Below are positions 37,274 to 49,573 of a stretch of 64,000 nt of DNA, piece after piece. The translations under genes were made by a program, and so were the position numbers. Each line of letters begins with the position of its first letter. Positions within the stretch are counted from its first letter, which is position 1. This DNA is from Thermoplasmata archaeon (GTDB lineage Archaea; Thermoplasmatota; Thermoplasmata; Lutacidiplasmatales; UBA184), in the NCBI GenBank assembly GCA_027314915.1, contig DAHUZZ010000008.1:19746-83745 (forward strand), written 5' to 3'. Under the pieces are notes generated by a model, which did no database searches, had not been told where the DNA came from, and saw nothing but the letters and a program-made list of their open reading frames with translations.

Positions 37274-38608
37274 ATGGTCACCGGCGGCGTCACGAAGTTC
37301 GCGAAGGCCCACCCCGCGATGGACTTCCGGCTCATGGTGAAGCGCGCCTACGATCAGGCGCTCCGGGAGGTCCCGAACCTCACCAAGGAGATGGTCGACG
37401 GGACCCGGGTCTCCTACTTCTCCGACCACTTCTCCCGCCAGCTCAAGGCCGCCAGCATGGTCCAGGACTACCTCGGGATGAATCCCAAGGGCTCGGTCCG
37501 GATCGAGTGGGGCGGGGCGACGGGCGGCGAGTGCTTCCAGGCGGCCTACGAGGCGGTCGCGAGCGGCCGGATGGACGTCTGCGTCGCGGCCGGCTACGAG
37601 ACGATGAGCCGGGTCGCCACGTGGAAGGGCAACGAGTTCATCGCCCTCGCCTCCGACACGAATTTCGACTTCCCCCTCGGCGGCTTCTACACCGGCTACT
37701 ACGCCCTCATGGTGGTCCGCCACATCTACGAGTACCTCCGGCTCCGCAAGTTCGGGCACATCAAGGACGAGCGCGAGGCGCAGCGGCTGGCCATCGAGGA
37801 GGGGTGCCGGATCATGAGCTGGGTCTCGGTGAAGAACCACCTGAACGCGCTCCACAACCCCTACGCGCAGTACCCGAAGCGGCTCAGCGTCCAGGACGTG
37901 CTCCACTCCGAGATGATCTCCTATCCGCTCACGCGCGAGCAGATCTGCACCATGAGCGACGGCGCGGCGGTCGCCATCCTCTGCAGCGAGGAGCGGGCCA
38001 AGGAGCTCACCGACAAGCCCGTCCTGGTCAAGGGGGTGGGCTGCGGCACCGACACGATGCGGCTCGCCGACCGGCCGTTCGGCCGGGTGCCCCTGATGCC
38101 CCACGAGAAGGCCTCCGACTACGAGGCCCTCCCCTACCCCGGCGTGCACTCCTTCCGCGCCGGTCGCGCCGCCGGCCTCGAGGCGTACCGGCACGCGGGG
38201 ATCACCAACCCGAACAAGGAGCTCGACTTCATCGAGCTCCACGACGCCTACGCCTCGAGCGAGATCCAGACCTACGAGGACCTGGGGCTGTGCAAGTACG
38301 GCGAGGGGTACGACTTCGTGCTCGCCGGTGACCCCTTCATGAAGCAGGTGAAGTACCCGGTCGAGGTCCCGAACGCGGGGGCCATCCCGGTGAACCCCTC
38401 GGGCGGCCTCATCGCCTGCGGCCATCCCGTCGGCGCGACCGGTCTCATGCAGGGCGTCTTCGCCTTCTGGCAGCTGCAGGGCACGATCGCCGAGCACTTC
38501 GGCGATCCGACGCTCCAGATCCCCCGGGCGCGGCGGGGCGCGATCCACAGCCACGCCGGGACCGGCTCCTCGGTGACCGTCTCCATCCTGGAGCGGGGGT
38601 TCGCCTGA
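37274..38608 (+). CDS. thiolase-like protein (SCP-x / nonspecific lipid-transfer-type thiolase)
   Basis: The active-site Cys is in WGGATGGECFQAAYEAV. The C-terminal motif is IACGHPVGATGL. The internal ATG is at MVTGGVTKF. Confidence 0.8.
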   Translation: MVTGGVTKFAKAHPAMDFRLMVKRAYDQALREVPNLTKEMVDGTRVSYFSDHFSRQLKAASMVQDYLGMNPKGSVRIEWGGATGGECFQAAYEAVASGRMDVCVAAGYETMSRVATWKGNEFIALASDTNFDFPLGGFYTGYYALMVVRHIYEYLRLRKFGHIKDEREAQRLAIEEGCRIMSWVSVKNHLNALHNPYAQYPKRLSVQDVLHSEMISYPLTREQICTMSDGAAVAILCSEERAKELTDKPVLVKGVGCGTDTMRLADRPFGRVPLMPHEKASDYEALPYPGVHSFRAGRAAGLEAYRHAGITNPNKELDFIELHDAYASSEIQTYEDLGLCKYGEGYDFVLAGDPFMKQVKYPVEVPNAGAIPVNPSGGLIACGHPVGATGLMQGVFAFWQLQGTIAEHFGDPTLQIPRARRGAIHSHAGTGSSVTVSILERGFA

Positions 38609-39159
38609 TGTCGCCCCCGAAGAAGCTCTCGAGCTTCCGCGACGTCCAGGCGGAGATCGATCGCTCGGGCTCGGCGATCTTCCGGGACAAGAACGGGTTC
38701 GAGGCGCTGATCATCAAGAGCCCCTACTCGATCAACTACATCCACAGCTACGCCGAGGACACGCCGTTCTTCCTCGGGCTGGCCGAGGGCAAGCTGTTCG
38801 GCTCGAAGTGCACCGAGTGCGGGTACGTCTACGCCACCCCCCGCGGCCACTGCATGGTGGAGGGCGCGGCCACGGAGTGGCACCGGCTCCCGGACCACGG
38901 ACGGCTCCACTCGTGGACGACCTGCCGGTTCGGCAGCGAGGCGTTCCTCCAGGAGACGCCCTACAACTTGGGGCTCGTGGAGTTCGAGGGGGCGAACAGC
39001 CTCCTCCTGGTCCGGGTCAAGGACGCCCAGGAGCCCGAGCTCTACGTGGGGATGCCGGTGGAGGCCCGGTTCGACCCGAACCCGAAGTACTCGATCACCG
39101 ACGTCTGGTTCGTCCCGTCGAGGTCGAACGCCCCGGGCCCGAAGGCGGCCCCGGGGTAG
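38608..39159 (+). CDS. DUF35 Zn-ribbon/OB-fold thiolase-associated protein
   Basis: The ribbon is CTECGYVYATPRGHC. The OB fold is LGLVEFEGANSLLLVRV. Its ATG overlaps the upstream thiolase stop (ATGA). Confidence 0.75.
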   Translation: MSPPKKLSSFRDVQAEIDRSGSAIFRDKNGFEALIIKSPYSINYIHSYAEDTPFFLGLAEGKLFGSKCTECGYVYATPRGHCMVEGAATEWHRLPDHGRLHSWTTCRFGSEAFLQETPYNLGLVEFEGANSLLLVRVKDAQEPELYVGMPVEARFDPNPKYSITDVWFVPSRSNAPGPKAAPG

Positions 39160-39210
39160 CGCGATCCGGACGGACCCCGCTCCCGGGCGCTACCCGGGGG
39201 CGGGCGGGAG

Positions 39211-39283
39211 TGCCGCGGGCCGGACTTGAACCGGCGGCTTCAAGATCTTCAGTCTTGCACTCTCCCAACTGAGTTACCGCGGC
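39211..39283 (-). tRNA. tRNA-Phe (anticodon GAA)
   Basis: 73 nt cloverleaf read manually. The acceptor is GCCGCGG/CCGCGGC, the D arm is ACTC/GAGT, the anticodon stem is CAAGA/TCTTG with loop CTGAAGA, and the T arm is GCCGG-TTCAAGT-CCGGC. The discriminator is A. CCA is not encoded. Confidence 0.85.
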
Positions 39284-39378
39284 ACGGGGCCGAACCGGCG
39301 GAGGCACGTACTCCGGTATATAGGTGGTGCGCGAACGCCGAACGGCCGGCCGGGCCGAGCGGGCCCGGCTCCGCCCCG

Positions 39379-41406
39379 TCACTCCCCCCGGGGGGCGTCG
39401 GAGGCCCCCGGACCTTCGGGCCGGGGCGCGGGAGGGAGCATCCGTGACCAGGGCCAGTTCGCCTCGGTCGGGAGGTGGGCGCGACGCAGGAGCGCCACGA
39501 ACCGCGGATCGTCCCGGAGCGGATTCAGGGCCACCTGGGCGTAGTAGCCCACGAGCGAATAGTCGCCGGAGTCGAAGTCCTTCTCGATGCGGGCGAGCGC
39601 CCGATCCTTCTCGCCGACCAGCGCCAGCAGCGCGACGAGGAACCGGGCCGGCACGTACTCCGTCCGGGACCGCTCGGAGAGCTCCTCGGCCAGGTCCCGG
39701 GCCGGTGCCGGGCGGCCGTCGAAGGCCTCGAGGAGCGCCCAGGAGAACCGGTCGAGGAGGGAGGTGGAGTCCTTCATCGCGGACACGAGCTCGAGCGCCT
39801 TCGGCCGCTCCCCCCGGAGGACGTGGAGCCAGGCCAGGTTCCAGCGGGCCACGAGCGGCCAGCCCAGCCGCTCGCCCATCGCGGTCCAGGCCCGGATGGC
39901 CCCGTCGAGGTCCCCCCGGTGGATGGGGGCGCTCACCACCGCGAGCTCGAGGGCCAGCAGGAGCGGGTTCTGCTCGAGCCCGAGCCGCATCTGGACCTCC
40001 GACTCGGGGAAGCGCTGCGTGATCTCGAGCAGCGATCCGTACCAGAAGTGGGCCGTCCAGCTGCTCGGGTTGAGCGCGAGGGCCCGCTGGAACTCCTCCT
40101 CCGCGCGCGCCCAGTCGAGGTCGGCCTGCATGGCGAGGTTCCCCCGCGCCACATGCGCCTCGGAGGAGTCGGGGTCGAGCTCGAGCGCCCGATCGAGGAG
40201 GGCCCGCGCCCGCGGGAACACCTCGGCGCTCGGGAGCGCCTCGCCGGCGAGCGCCATGAGCACGTTCGCGAGGTAGGCGCGGGCGAGCGCGAAGTCGGGG
40301 TCCGCCCGGATCGCCTCCTCGAACCATCGGATGGCCTCGCGGGCGCGCGCGGGATCCAGGCCGTCGATCCACGCCCCGAACTCCCGGATGCCGTGGAGGT
40401 AGGCGTCGTAGGCCGGCACGCTCTCGGTGGGCCGCTCGAGGAGGGCGACCCGCTCCGCCTCCCCCAGCTGGAGCTGGAGCGCCGCCGCGGTGCGCTCCGC
40501 CACCTCCGCCTGGATCGCGAAGACGTCCTCGAGGTTCCGGTTGTAGCTCTCGGACCAGGTGTGCTCCTGGCTCGCGACATCGATGAGCTGGAGGGTGATC
40601 CGGATCCGCGAGCCCGACTTCCGCACGCTGCCCTCGAGGAGGCTGGTGGCCCCGAGCTCGGCGCCGATCTGGGAGACCGGCTTCACCGTGCCCTTGTACT
40701 GGTTCACCGAGGTCCGGGCCAGGACCCGGAGCCCCCGGAGCTGGGAGAGCGTGGAGATGAGCTCCTCGGTCAGCCCGTCGGCGAAGTACTCGTCGCGCGG
40801 GTCCGGGCTGATGTTCGCGAGCGGCAGCACGGCGATCCGCGGCGGCCCGGCGCGGGCCGGGGCCGACCTCGGCGCGGCCGTCTCGGCGGGCTCCCCCCAC
40901 CCGACCCGGTAGATCTCGACGGGGGTGTCCACCCCCTTGAGGGCGCGCGGCCCGAGCCGCTGCCAGGTGACGGGGACCTTGTTCCGCACCTGTTCGTGGA
41001 CCTGCGCGGAGCAGCAGATCCCTCCCGCGTCGGCGAGGGGCTCGATCCGGGAGGCGATGTTGACCGCGTCCCCCAGGATGTCGCTTCCGCGCTCCTCCAC
41101 GTCGCCCAGGTGGATGCCGATGCGCAGCCGGAGCGGCCGGTCCGCCTCGCGAAGGTTCCGCGCGCGCACCGAACGCTGCAGCTCGACCGCGCCCTCGACC
41201 GCATCGCGCGCGTTCGGGAATTCGAGGAGGAGGCCGTCGCCCATGGACTTGATGAGACGGCCCCCGCGCGTCGCGAGGACCGCGTCGACGAGGCCGCGCT
41301 GCTCCTCGAGCAGGGCGAGCGCCCCCCGCTCGTCGCGCTGCGTGAGCGAGGTGAATCCCTCGAGGTCCGTGAAGACGATGGCAGCGAGCCGTCGGCCCGA
41401 GGACAC
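39379..41406 (-). CDS. class III adenylate/guanylate cyclase (CHD) fused to a TolB-N/BTAD-like linker and TPR repeats
   Basis: The CHD motifs are AIVFTDLEGFT, GDGLLLEF and RIGIHLGDV...GDAVNIASRIE. They are followed by NISPDPRDEYFADGLTEELISTLS and then ~450 aa of TPR-like helical repeats. Confidence 0.8.
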   Translation of the reverse strand: MSSGRRLAAIVFTDLEGFTSLTQRDERGALALLEEQRGLVDAVLATRGGRLIKSMGDGLLLEFPNARDAVEGAVELQRSVRARNLREADRPLRLRIGIHLGDVEERGSDILGDAVNIASRIEPLADAGGICCSAQVHEQVRNKVPVTWQRLGPRALKGVDTPVEIYRVGWGEPAETAAPRSAPARAGPPRIAVLPLANISPDPRDEYFADGLTEELISTLSQLRGLRVLARTSVNQYKGTVKPVSQIGAELGATSLLEGSVRKSGSRIRITLQLIDVASQEHTWSESYNRNLEDVFAIQAEVAERTAAALQLQLGEAERVALLERPTESVPAYDAYLHGIREFGAWIDGLDPARAREAIRWFEEAIRADPDFALARAYLANVLMALAGEALPSAEVFPRARALLDRALELDPDSSEAHVARGNLAMQADLDWARAEEEFQRALALNPSSWTAHFWYGSLLEITQRFPESEVQMRLGLEQNPLLLALELAVVSAPIHRGDLDGAIRAWTAMGERLGWPLVARWNLAWLHVLRGERPKALELVSAMKDSTSLLDRFSWALLEAFDGRPAPARDLAEELSERSRTEYVPARFLVALLALVGEKDRALARIEKDFDSGDYSLVGYYAQVALNPLRDDPRFVALLRRAHLPTEANWPWSRMLPPAPRPEGPGASDAPRGE

Positions 41407-41608
41407 GGCCCGGGGACCGGGTCCGATGATTTAACCCGTCGTCCGCGGGCGATCGGCCGGGCCGCCCCCGGGAGCCCGTCCGGGCCGGACGCGCCGGGGA
41501 CCGTCGGCCGAACGCGCGCGCACGGGTTCGAAAGGGTCCCGGCGTGCGCCCCGTCCGTCGGGGTTATCTAGCCCGCGGGGCCTTGAAATCGCCCCAGGGC
41601 CCGAAACC

Positions 41609-44179
41609 ATGCACACCCTCGTCGTCACCGAGAAGTTCAGCACGGCGCTCCGGATCTCGATCGTGCTGTCCGACGGACGGATGAAGCGGAGCCGCGTGAG
41701 CGGCGTCAACCTCTTCGAGTTCGAGCGGCCCGACGGGCCGTACGCGGTCGTCGGGCTCCGCGGCCACATCGTCGAGCTGGACTACCCGGAGGAGCACGCG
41801 AGCTGGAGCCTCGCCGGGCTCAAGGCCCTCCTCGAGGCGGAGCCGCTCAAGCGCGTCACCGAACCGCACATCGTCGAGGTCCTGGAGTCGATGGTCCGCC
41901 GGTTCGACCGGCTGATCCTCGCGACCGACTTCGACCGGGAGGGCGAGCTCATCGGCATGGAGTGCCTCGAGCTGCTGCAGAAGGTCCACCCCGGGATCGA
42001 GGTGAAGCGCGCCCGGTACAGCGCGCTCACCCGGGAGGAGATCGAGCGGAGCTTCCATGAGCTCCACGAGCTCGACCGGGCCCTCGCGGAGGCGGCCGCC
42101 GCCCGGCAGGAGATCGATCTGGTCTGGGGCGCCCTCCTCACCCGGTACCTGACGCTCAGCTCCGAGCAGCGGGGTCACGGCTTCCTCTCGGTCGGGCGGG
42201 TCCAGACCCCCACGCTCGCGCTGCTCGTCGAGCGGGACCAGGAGATCAAGGGGTTCGAGCCCAAGCCGTACTGGACGCTGCTGGCCGACAGCCGGCACGC
42301 CGAGCTCCCGTTCACCCTCGCGCACGCGCACGGGATCTTCCCCGAGGAGGAACGGGAGCTCGCCCGGTCCACCTTCGCCCGGGTCGAGCACGCCCGGGAG
42401 GGCACGGTCCGGTCGTTCGTCGAGGAGGAGACCCGCCGGCGCCCGCCCATCCCGTTCAGCACGACCCTCTTCGTGTCCGAGGCGACCCGGCTCGGGATCG
42501 GCGCGGCCCACGCGATGCGGATCGCGGAGGACCTCTACACCCAGGGGCTCATCAGCTACCCCCGGACGGACAACACCGTCTACCCCCGCGGCGCCGGCCT
42601 CAAGGGGATCGTGGAGAAGCTCCGGGAGAGCCCCTTCCGCAAGGAGGCCGAGTACATCCTCGCCCAGCCGACCTTCCGGGCGACCCGGGGCCGGTCGGAG
42701 ACCACCGACCACCCGCCGATCTACCCGACGGCGGTCACCGATCCCAAGCGGCTCAAGCCGGAGCACGGCAAGATCTACGAGCTCGTGGTCCGTCGGTTCC
42801 TCGCGACCGTCGCGCCGGACTCGGTCGGGCGGAGCCGGACGGTCGAGGTCGAGATCACCGGGGAGACGTTCGGGGGCAAGGGGCACGAGGTGCTCGACCC
42901 CGGCTGGTACCAGGTGTATCCCTACTCGCACCCCGAGGAGTCGGCGATGCCCCCCCTCACCGTCGGACAGAGCCTCCCCGTCGAGAACGTCCGGCTCGTC
43001 GAGGAGCAGACCCGCCCGCCGCGCCGGTTCACGCAGGGCACGCTCATCCAGGAGATGGAGCGGCTGGGCCTCGGCACCAAGTCCACCCGCCACGACGTCG
43101 TCCAGAAGCTCCTCGACCGGCACTACGTCACGGCGCGCCAGCTCGAGCCCACCGGGACCGGGATCGCGGTGACCGAGGCGCTGCGCGCCCATGCTCCGGT
43201 GATCACCCAGCCGGAGATGACCCACCGGCTCGAGGAGGACATGGAGAAGGTGGCCGAGTCCTCGAAGCGCCGGGAGGAGGTCGTGGAGGAGTCGCGCGAG
43301 ATGCTGCGCGAGGCCTACGAGCTCCTCGCGAAGAACGCGACCGGCGTGCGCGAGACGCTCCAGGGGGCGCTCGACCGCCAGCACTTCGTCGGGCCCTGTC
43401 CGAAGTGCGGGGGCGCGCTCCGGCTCCAGAGGAGCCCCCGGGGCAGCCGCTGGGTCCAGTGCGTGAACAACCCCGGCAGCTGCACCGTGAGCTACAGCCT
43501 CTTCGCCGCCGGCTTCGTCGAGCCGGCGCCGGAGTTCCTGTGCGCCACCTGCCGGACCCCCCGGCTCAAGATCACCTTCCGGGGCCAGCGGCCGGAGCTG
43601 TTCTGCATCAACCCCGAGTGCGAGGAGCACCAGCGCGCCTTCCGGATCGGCACCTGCCCGAGCTGCGGCAAGCCGCTCGGGATCCGCTACTCCTTCCTGG
43701 GCAAGCGGTTCGTCGGGTGCACCGGCTACCCCGAGTGCCGGGTCACCTACCCGCTCCCCCAGCGCGGCCGGCTCGACAAGGACCAGCCCGCCTGCTCGAT
43801 CTGCCACGCACCCGTCGTGACGGCGATCGAGGCCGGCCGACCGCCCTGGACGCTCTGCATCAACCCGGCCTGCCCCTCCCGGGCCAAGGCCGCCCCGAAG
43901 GCCACGAAGGCCCGGAAGGCGAAGGGCGCCCCGGGCGCCAAGGGTCCCCCGGCGGCCAAGGCCGGATCGACGACCCGATCGGCCCGGAAGCGGAGCGCCG
44001 CCCCGGCGCCCGCTCCGGAGGGGTCTTCCCCGCCCACCCGCGGGGACGCGCCCACCCCCGTCCCCGCTGCGACGGGAGCCGCGGCACCGCGCCGCCGGCG
44101 GGCCCGGCGCCCCGCCGCGGAGCCGGCCGCCGAGGGCGCTCCCCCGAACGGCGCCTCGCCCGCCTCGCCGGCGCCCTAG
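41609..44179 (+). CDS. topA: DNA topoisomerase I (type IA) with four C-terminal zinc ribbons and an Ala/Lys/Pro-rich tail
   Basis: The N-terminus is a Toprim domain (LVVTEKFS). The type IA core is present. There are four C4 ribbons (CPKCGG..CVN..C and so on). The last ~110 aa are low-complexity AKP-rich. Confidence 0.9.
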   Translation: MHTLVVTEKFSTALRISIVLSDGRMKRSRVSGVNLFEFERPDGPYAVVGLRGHIVELDYPEEHASWSLAGLKALLEAEPLKRVTEPHIVEVLESMVRRFDRLILATDFDREGELIGMECLELLQKVHPGIEVKRARYSALTREEIERSFHELHELDRALAEAAAARQEIDLVWGALLTRYLTLSSEQRGHGFLSVGRVQTPTLALLVERDQEIKGFEPKPYWTLLADSRHAELPFTLAHAHGIFPEEERELARSTFARVEHAREGTVRSFVEEETRRRPPIPFSTTLFVSEATRLGIGAAHAMRIAEDLYTQGLISYPRTDNTVYPRGAGLKGIVEKLRESPFRKEAEYILAQPTFRATRGRSETTDHPPIYPTAVTDPKRLKPEHGKIYELVVRRFLATVAPDSVGRSRTVEVEITGETFGGKGHEVLDPGWYQVYPYSHPEESAMPPLTVGQSLPVENVRLVEEQTRPPRRFTQGTLIQEMERLGLGTKSTRHDVVQKLLDRHYVTARQLEPTGTGIAVTEALRAHAPVITQPEMTHRLEEDMEKVAESSKRREEVVEESREMLREAYELLAKNATGVRETLQGALDRQHFVGPCPKCGGALRLQRSPRGSRWVQCVNNPGSCTVSYSLFAAGFVEPAPEFLCATCRTPRLKITFRGQRPELFCINPECEEHQRAFRIGTCPSCGKPLGIRYSFLGKRFVGCTGYPECRVTYPLPQRGRLDKDQPACSICHAPVVTAIEAGRPPWTLCINPACPSRAKAAPKATKARKAKGAPGAKGPPAAKAGSTTRSARKRSAAPAPAPEGSSPPTRGDAPTPVPAATGAAAPRRRRARRPAAEPAAEGAPPNGASPASPAP

Positions 44180-44256
44180 GTCGGGGAACGCCCTCCCCCG
44201 CGGCCGTTTCGCGCCGACCGGCCCCGCGTTAAATACGGCGTTCCGGTCCGAGCGTC

Positions 44257-44982
44257 GTGGAGCGGCGGAGCCACCGGATCCTCGAGATGGACTCCCGCAC
44301 CCTCGAGCGGCGGCTCGCGGAGGATCCCCTGGTCATCGTGCCCGTCGGGGCGCTCGAGGCGCACGGTCCCCACCTTCCGCTCGGCGCCGACCAGCTGCAG
44401 GCGGAGGCCACCGCGGTCGCGCTCGCGGAGCGCGTGGACGCCCTCGTGGCGCCCACGCTCCCCTTCGGCGTCTGCGACGGGGCCCGGAAGTTCCCCGGCA
44501 CCGTCTCCCTCTCCATGGGCGCGCTCGCGACGATGACCGAGGAGGTGATCGCCGAGCTCGCCCGGATGGGCGCGCGCCGGATCCTCGTCCTCTCCGGCCA
44601 TGCGGCCGCGCGGCACATGGCGGCGCTGCGGGAGGGCGCCGAGGCGGCGCAGCGGAACCGGCCCGGTCTGGAGCTCCTCGTGCTCTCCGACTACGACTTC
44701 GTCTACGAGCTCCGGGGGAAGGAGTCGCCGCCGTCGGACGGCCACGGCGGGCTCCTCGAGACCTCGCGGCTGCTCGCGCTCGCCCCCGAGCTCATCGGTC
44801 CGGAGCGGCCCCAGGTCGTGGACCGTCGCCCCCCGTTCCGGATCGGCGACCCCACCGAGCCCGAGTGGCCGGAGAGCGTCGTCGGGGACACCCGCCCGGC
44901 GAGCCCCGAGCTTGGGCGCCGGCTCCAGCAGCATGTCCTCGACCGGCTCGAGGCCACCGTCCGCGCGGGGTACTCCGGGTAG
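44257..44982 (+). CDS. creatininase-family amidohydrolase (possible ArfB-type deformylase)
   Basis: [21 protein letters not shown] is the creatininase metal-binding signature. Archaeal ArfB belongs to this family, so the specific function is an inference. Confidence 0.6.
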   Translation: MERRSHRILEMDSRTLERRLAEDPLVIVPVGALEAHGPHLPLGADQLQAEATAVALAERVDALVAPTLPFGVCDGARKFPGTVSLSMGALATMTEEVIAELARMGARRILVLSGHAAARHMAALREGAEAAQRNRPGLELLVLSDYDFVYELRGKESPPSDGHGGLLETSRLLALAPELIGPERPQVVDRRPPFRIGDPTEPEWPESVVGDTRPASPELGRRLQQHVLDRLEATVRAGYSG

Positions 44983-44996
44983 CGAAGAGACCGAAG

Positions 44997-47842
<2,846 letters not shown>

Positions 47843-47846
<4 letters not shown>

Positions 47847-49567
47847 AGGCGCCCGAGGGGGAGCTGCCCGGGTTCCTCCCGGCGAGCCGTCTCCAGGCCC
47901 TCACCGGCGCGCCCATGGGCGGGGGCCCCTCGAGCACCGGCGTCTACCTCTTCCGGAGCTCCGACGGCACCGTCCAGTACGTCGGCAAGGCGCGGCATCT
48001 GAGGCGCCGGGTCCTCGACCACCTCAAGATCCGGGTGGAGAAGGACGGCTCGATCGTGGCGGCGAGCTCCTCCGTCGAGTTCGTCCCGACCGTCTCGGAG
48101 CGCGAGGCGCTCCTGTTGGAAGCGAACCTGATCAAGCAGTACCAGCCCCCGTACAACGCGCTGCTCAAGGACGACCGCTCCTTCCCGTTCCTCGCCGTCA
48201 CCCTGGGCGAGGAGTGGCCCCGGATCCTCTTCGTGAGGCGGCCCCGGCGGGGCCGCAAGCAGGTGCTCTTCGGGCCGTACACGAGCGCGCGCGAGGCCCG
48301 GATGGTCGCGAAGCTGCTCGCCGAGACGTTCCGGATCCGGCGGTGCACGACGCTGCCGCCGCGGGCCTGCCTGTACTACCACCTGAAGACCTGCAGCGCG
48401 CCGTGCATCGGGGCGGTCGCGCACGAGGACTACGAGCGCGACGTGCGGCGGGCGATCGAGGTGCTCCGCGGCGACACGAGCTCCGTCCGTCCCGCGCTCG
48501 AGTCCGAGATGGCGCGGGCCGCGCGCGAGGAGGAGTTCGAGCGGGCGAGCGTGCTGCGCGACGCGCTCCGGGGGCTCGAAGCGCTCACCGAGCGGCAGCA
48601 CGTGGTGGGCCCCGGCGCCTCCGTCGTGGACGTCCTCGCGCTCGTCTACCCGCGCGATCCCTCGGTGCTGCGCGTCGCCGCCGGCGTGCTCCGCGTCGTG
48701 GACGGCGAGGTCCGGGGCACCGAGCCGCACCTGCTCGGGGTCCCCGCGGCGGATTCCCCCGAGGCGGGCGAGCTGCTCCGCCAGTTCGTGATCCAGTACT
48801 ACGGGGCCCGTCCGGAGCTGCCCCAGCGGCTCGTCATCGCCGGTCCCCGGCCCGCCGGCGCCGAGGAGGCGCTCACCTGGCTCGAGTCGGAGAAGGGCGT
48901 CAAGGTCCGGTTCCGCCCGTCGGGACGGTACGCGGCGCTCGGCCGGCTCGCCGAGCGGCTCGCCCGGGCCCACCTGGACGCGAACGCGCCGGGCGCCCCG
49001 CCCCGGGAGGTGCTCGTCGCGCTGCAGTCGCTGCTCCGGCTGCCCACGCTGCCCCGCCGGATCGAGGGGGTCGACATCTCGATCTTCCAGGGCTACGAGG
49101 GGGTCGGCTCGCTCGTCGTCTTCGAGGGCGGCCGCCCGAAGAAGGAGGAGTACCGGCGGTTCCGCATCCGCGGGGTGGAGGGGACCAACGACTTCGCCAT
49201 GATCGAGGAGGTGGTCGAGCGGCGGTACCGTCGCCGCCTGGCGGAGGAGGAGATCCTGCCCGACCTCCTCCTGGTCGACGGCGGCGCGGGCCAGCTGAGC
49301 TCCGCCGAGCGGGCGCTCGAGCGGCTCCACCTCGCCGACCGGATCCCGGCGGTGGGGATCGCGAAGCAGGACGAGGAGCTCTACCTTCCCGACCGTTCCG
49401 AGCCGCTCGCCCCGAACCCCAACTCCGCGCCGATGCTGCTCTTGCGGGCGGTGCGGGACGAGTCGCACCGGTTCGCCGTCGGATACCACCGGAAGCGACG
49501 TTCGATGCGGCTCCGGGACGAGGTGGCCCGGGCGGCGGGCGAGCCCCGGGTGCGGGGCGCGAGCTGA
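47843..49567 (+). CDS. uvrC: excinuclease ABC subunit C, without the C-terminal (HhH)2 domain
   Basis: GIY-YIG (GVYLFRSSDGTVQYVGKARHLRRR), a Cys-rich region, UvrB-interacting and RNase H-like endonuclease domains are present. The protein ends right after the endonuclease domain. Its ATG overlaps the uvrA stop (ATGA). Confidence 0.9.
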
Positions 49568-49573
49568 CCGCCG

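Noticed and set aside
36131-38554. Upstream extension of the argF ORF and antisense ORFs over the second thiolase
   Set aside because: argF has a clear internal start giving a canonical 312-aa OTCase. The extension is antisense to the well-supported thiolase-like gene.
39160-39378. Looked for an integrase or att repeat flanking tRNA-Phe
   Set aside because: There is no integrase-like ORF and no recognisable duplication of the tRNA 3' end within the window. The HGT suggestion for the cyclase therefore rests only on its taxonomic rarity.
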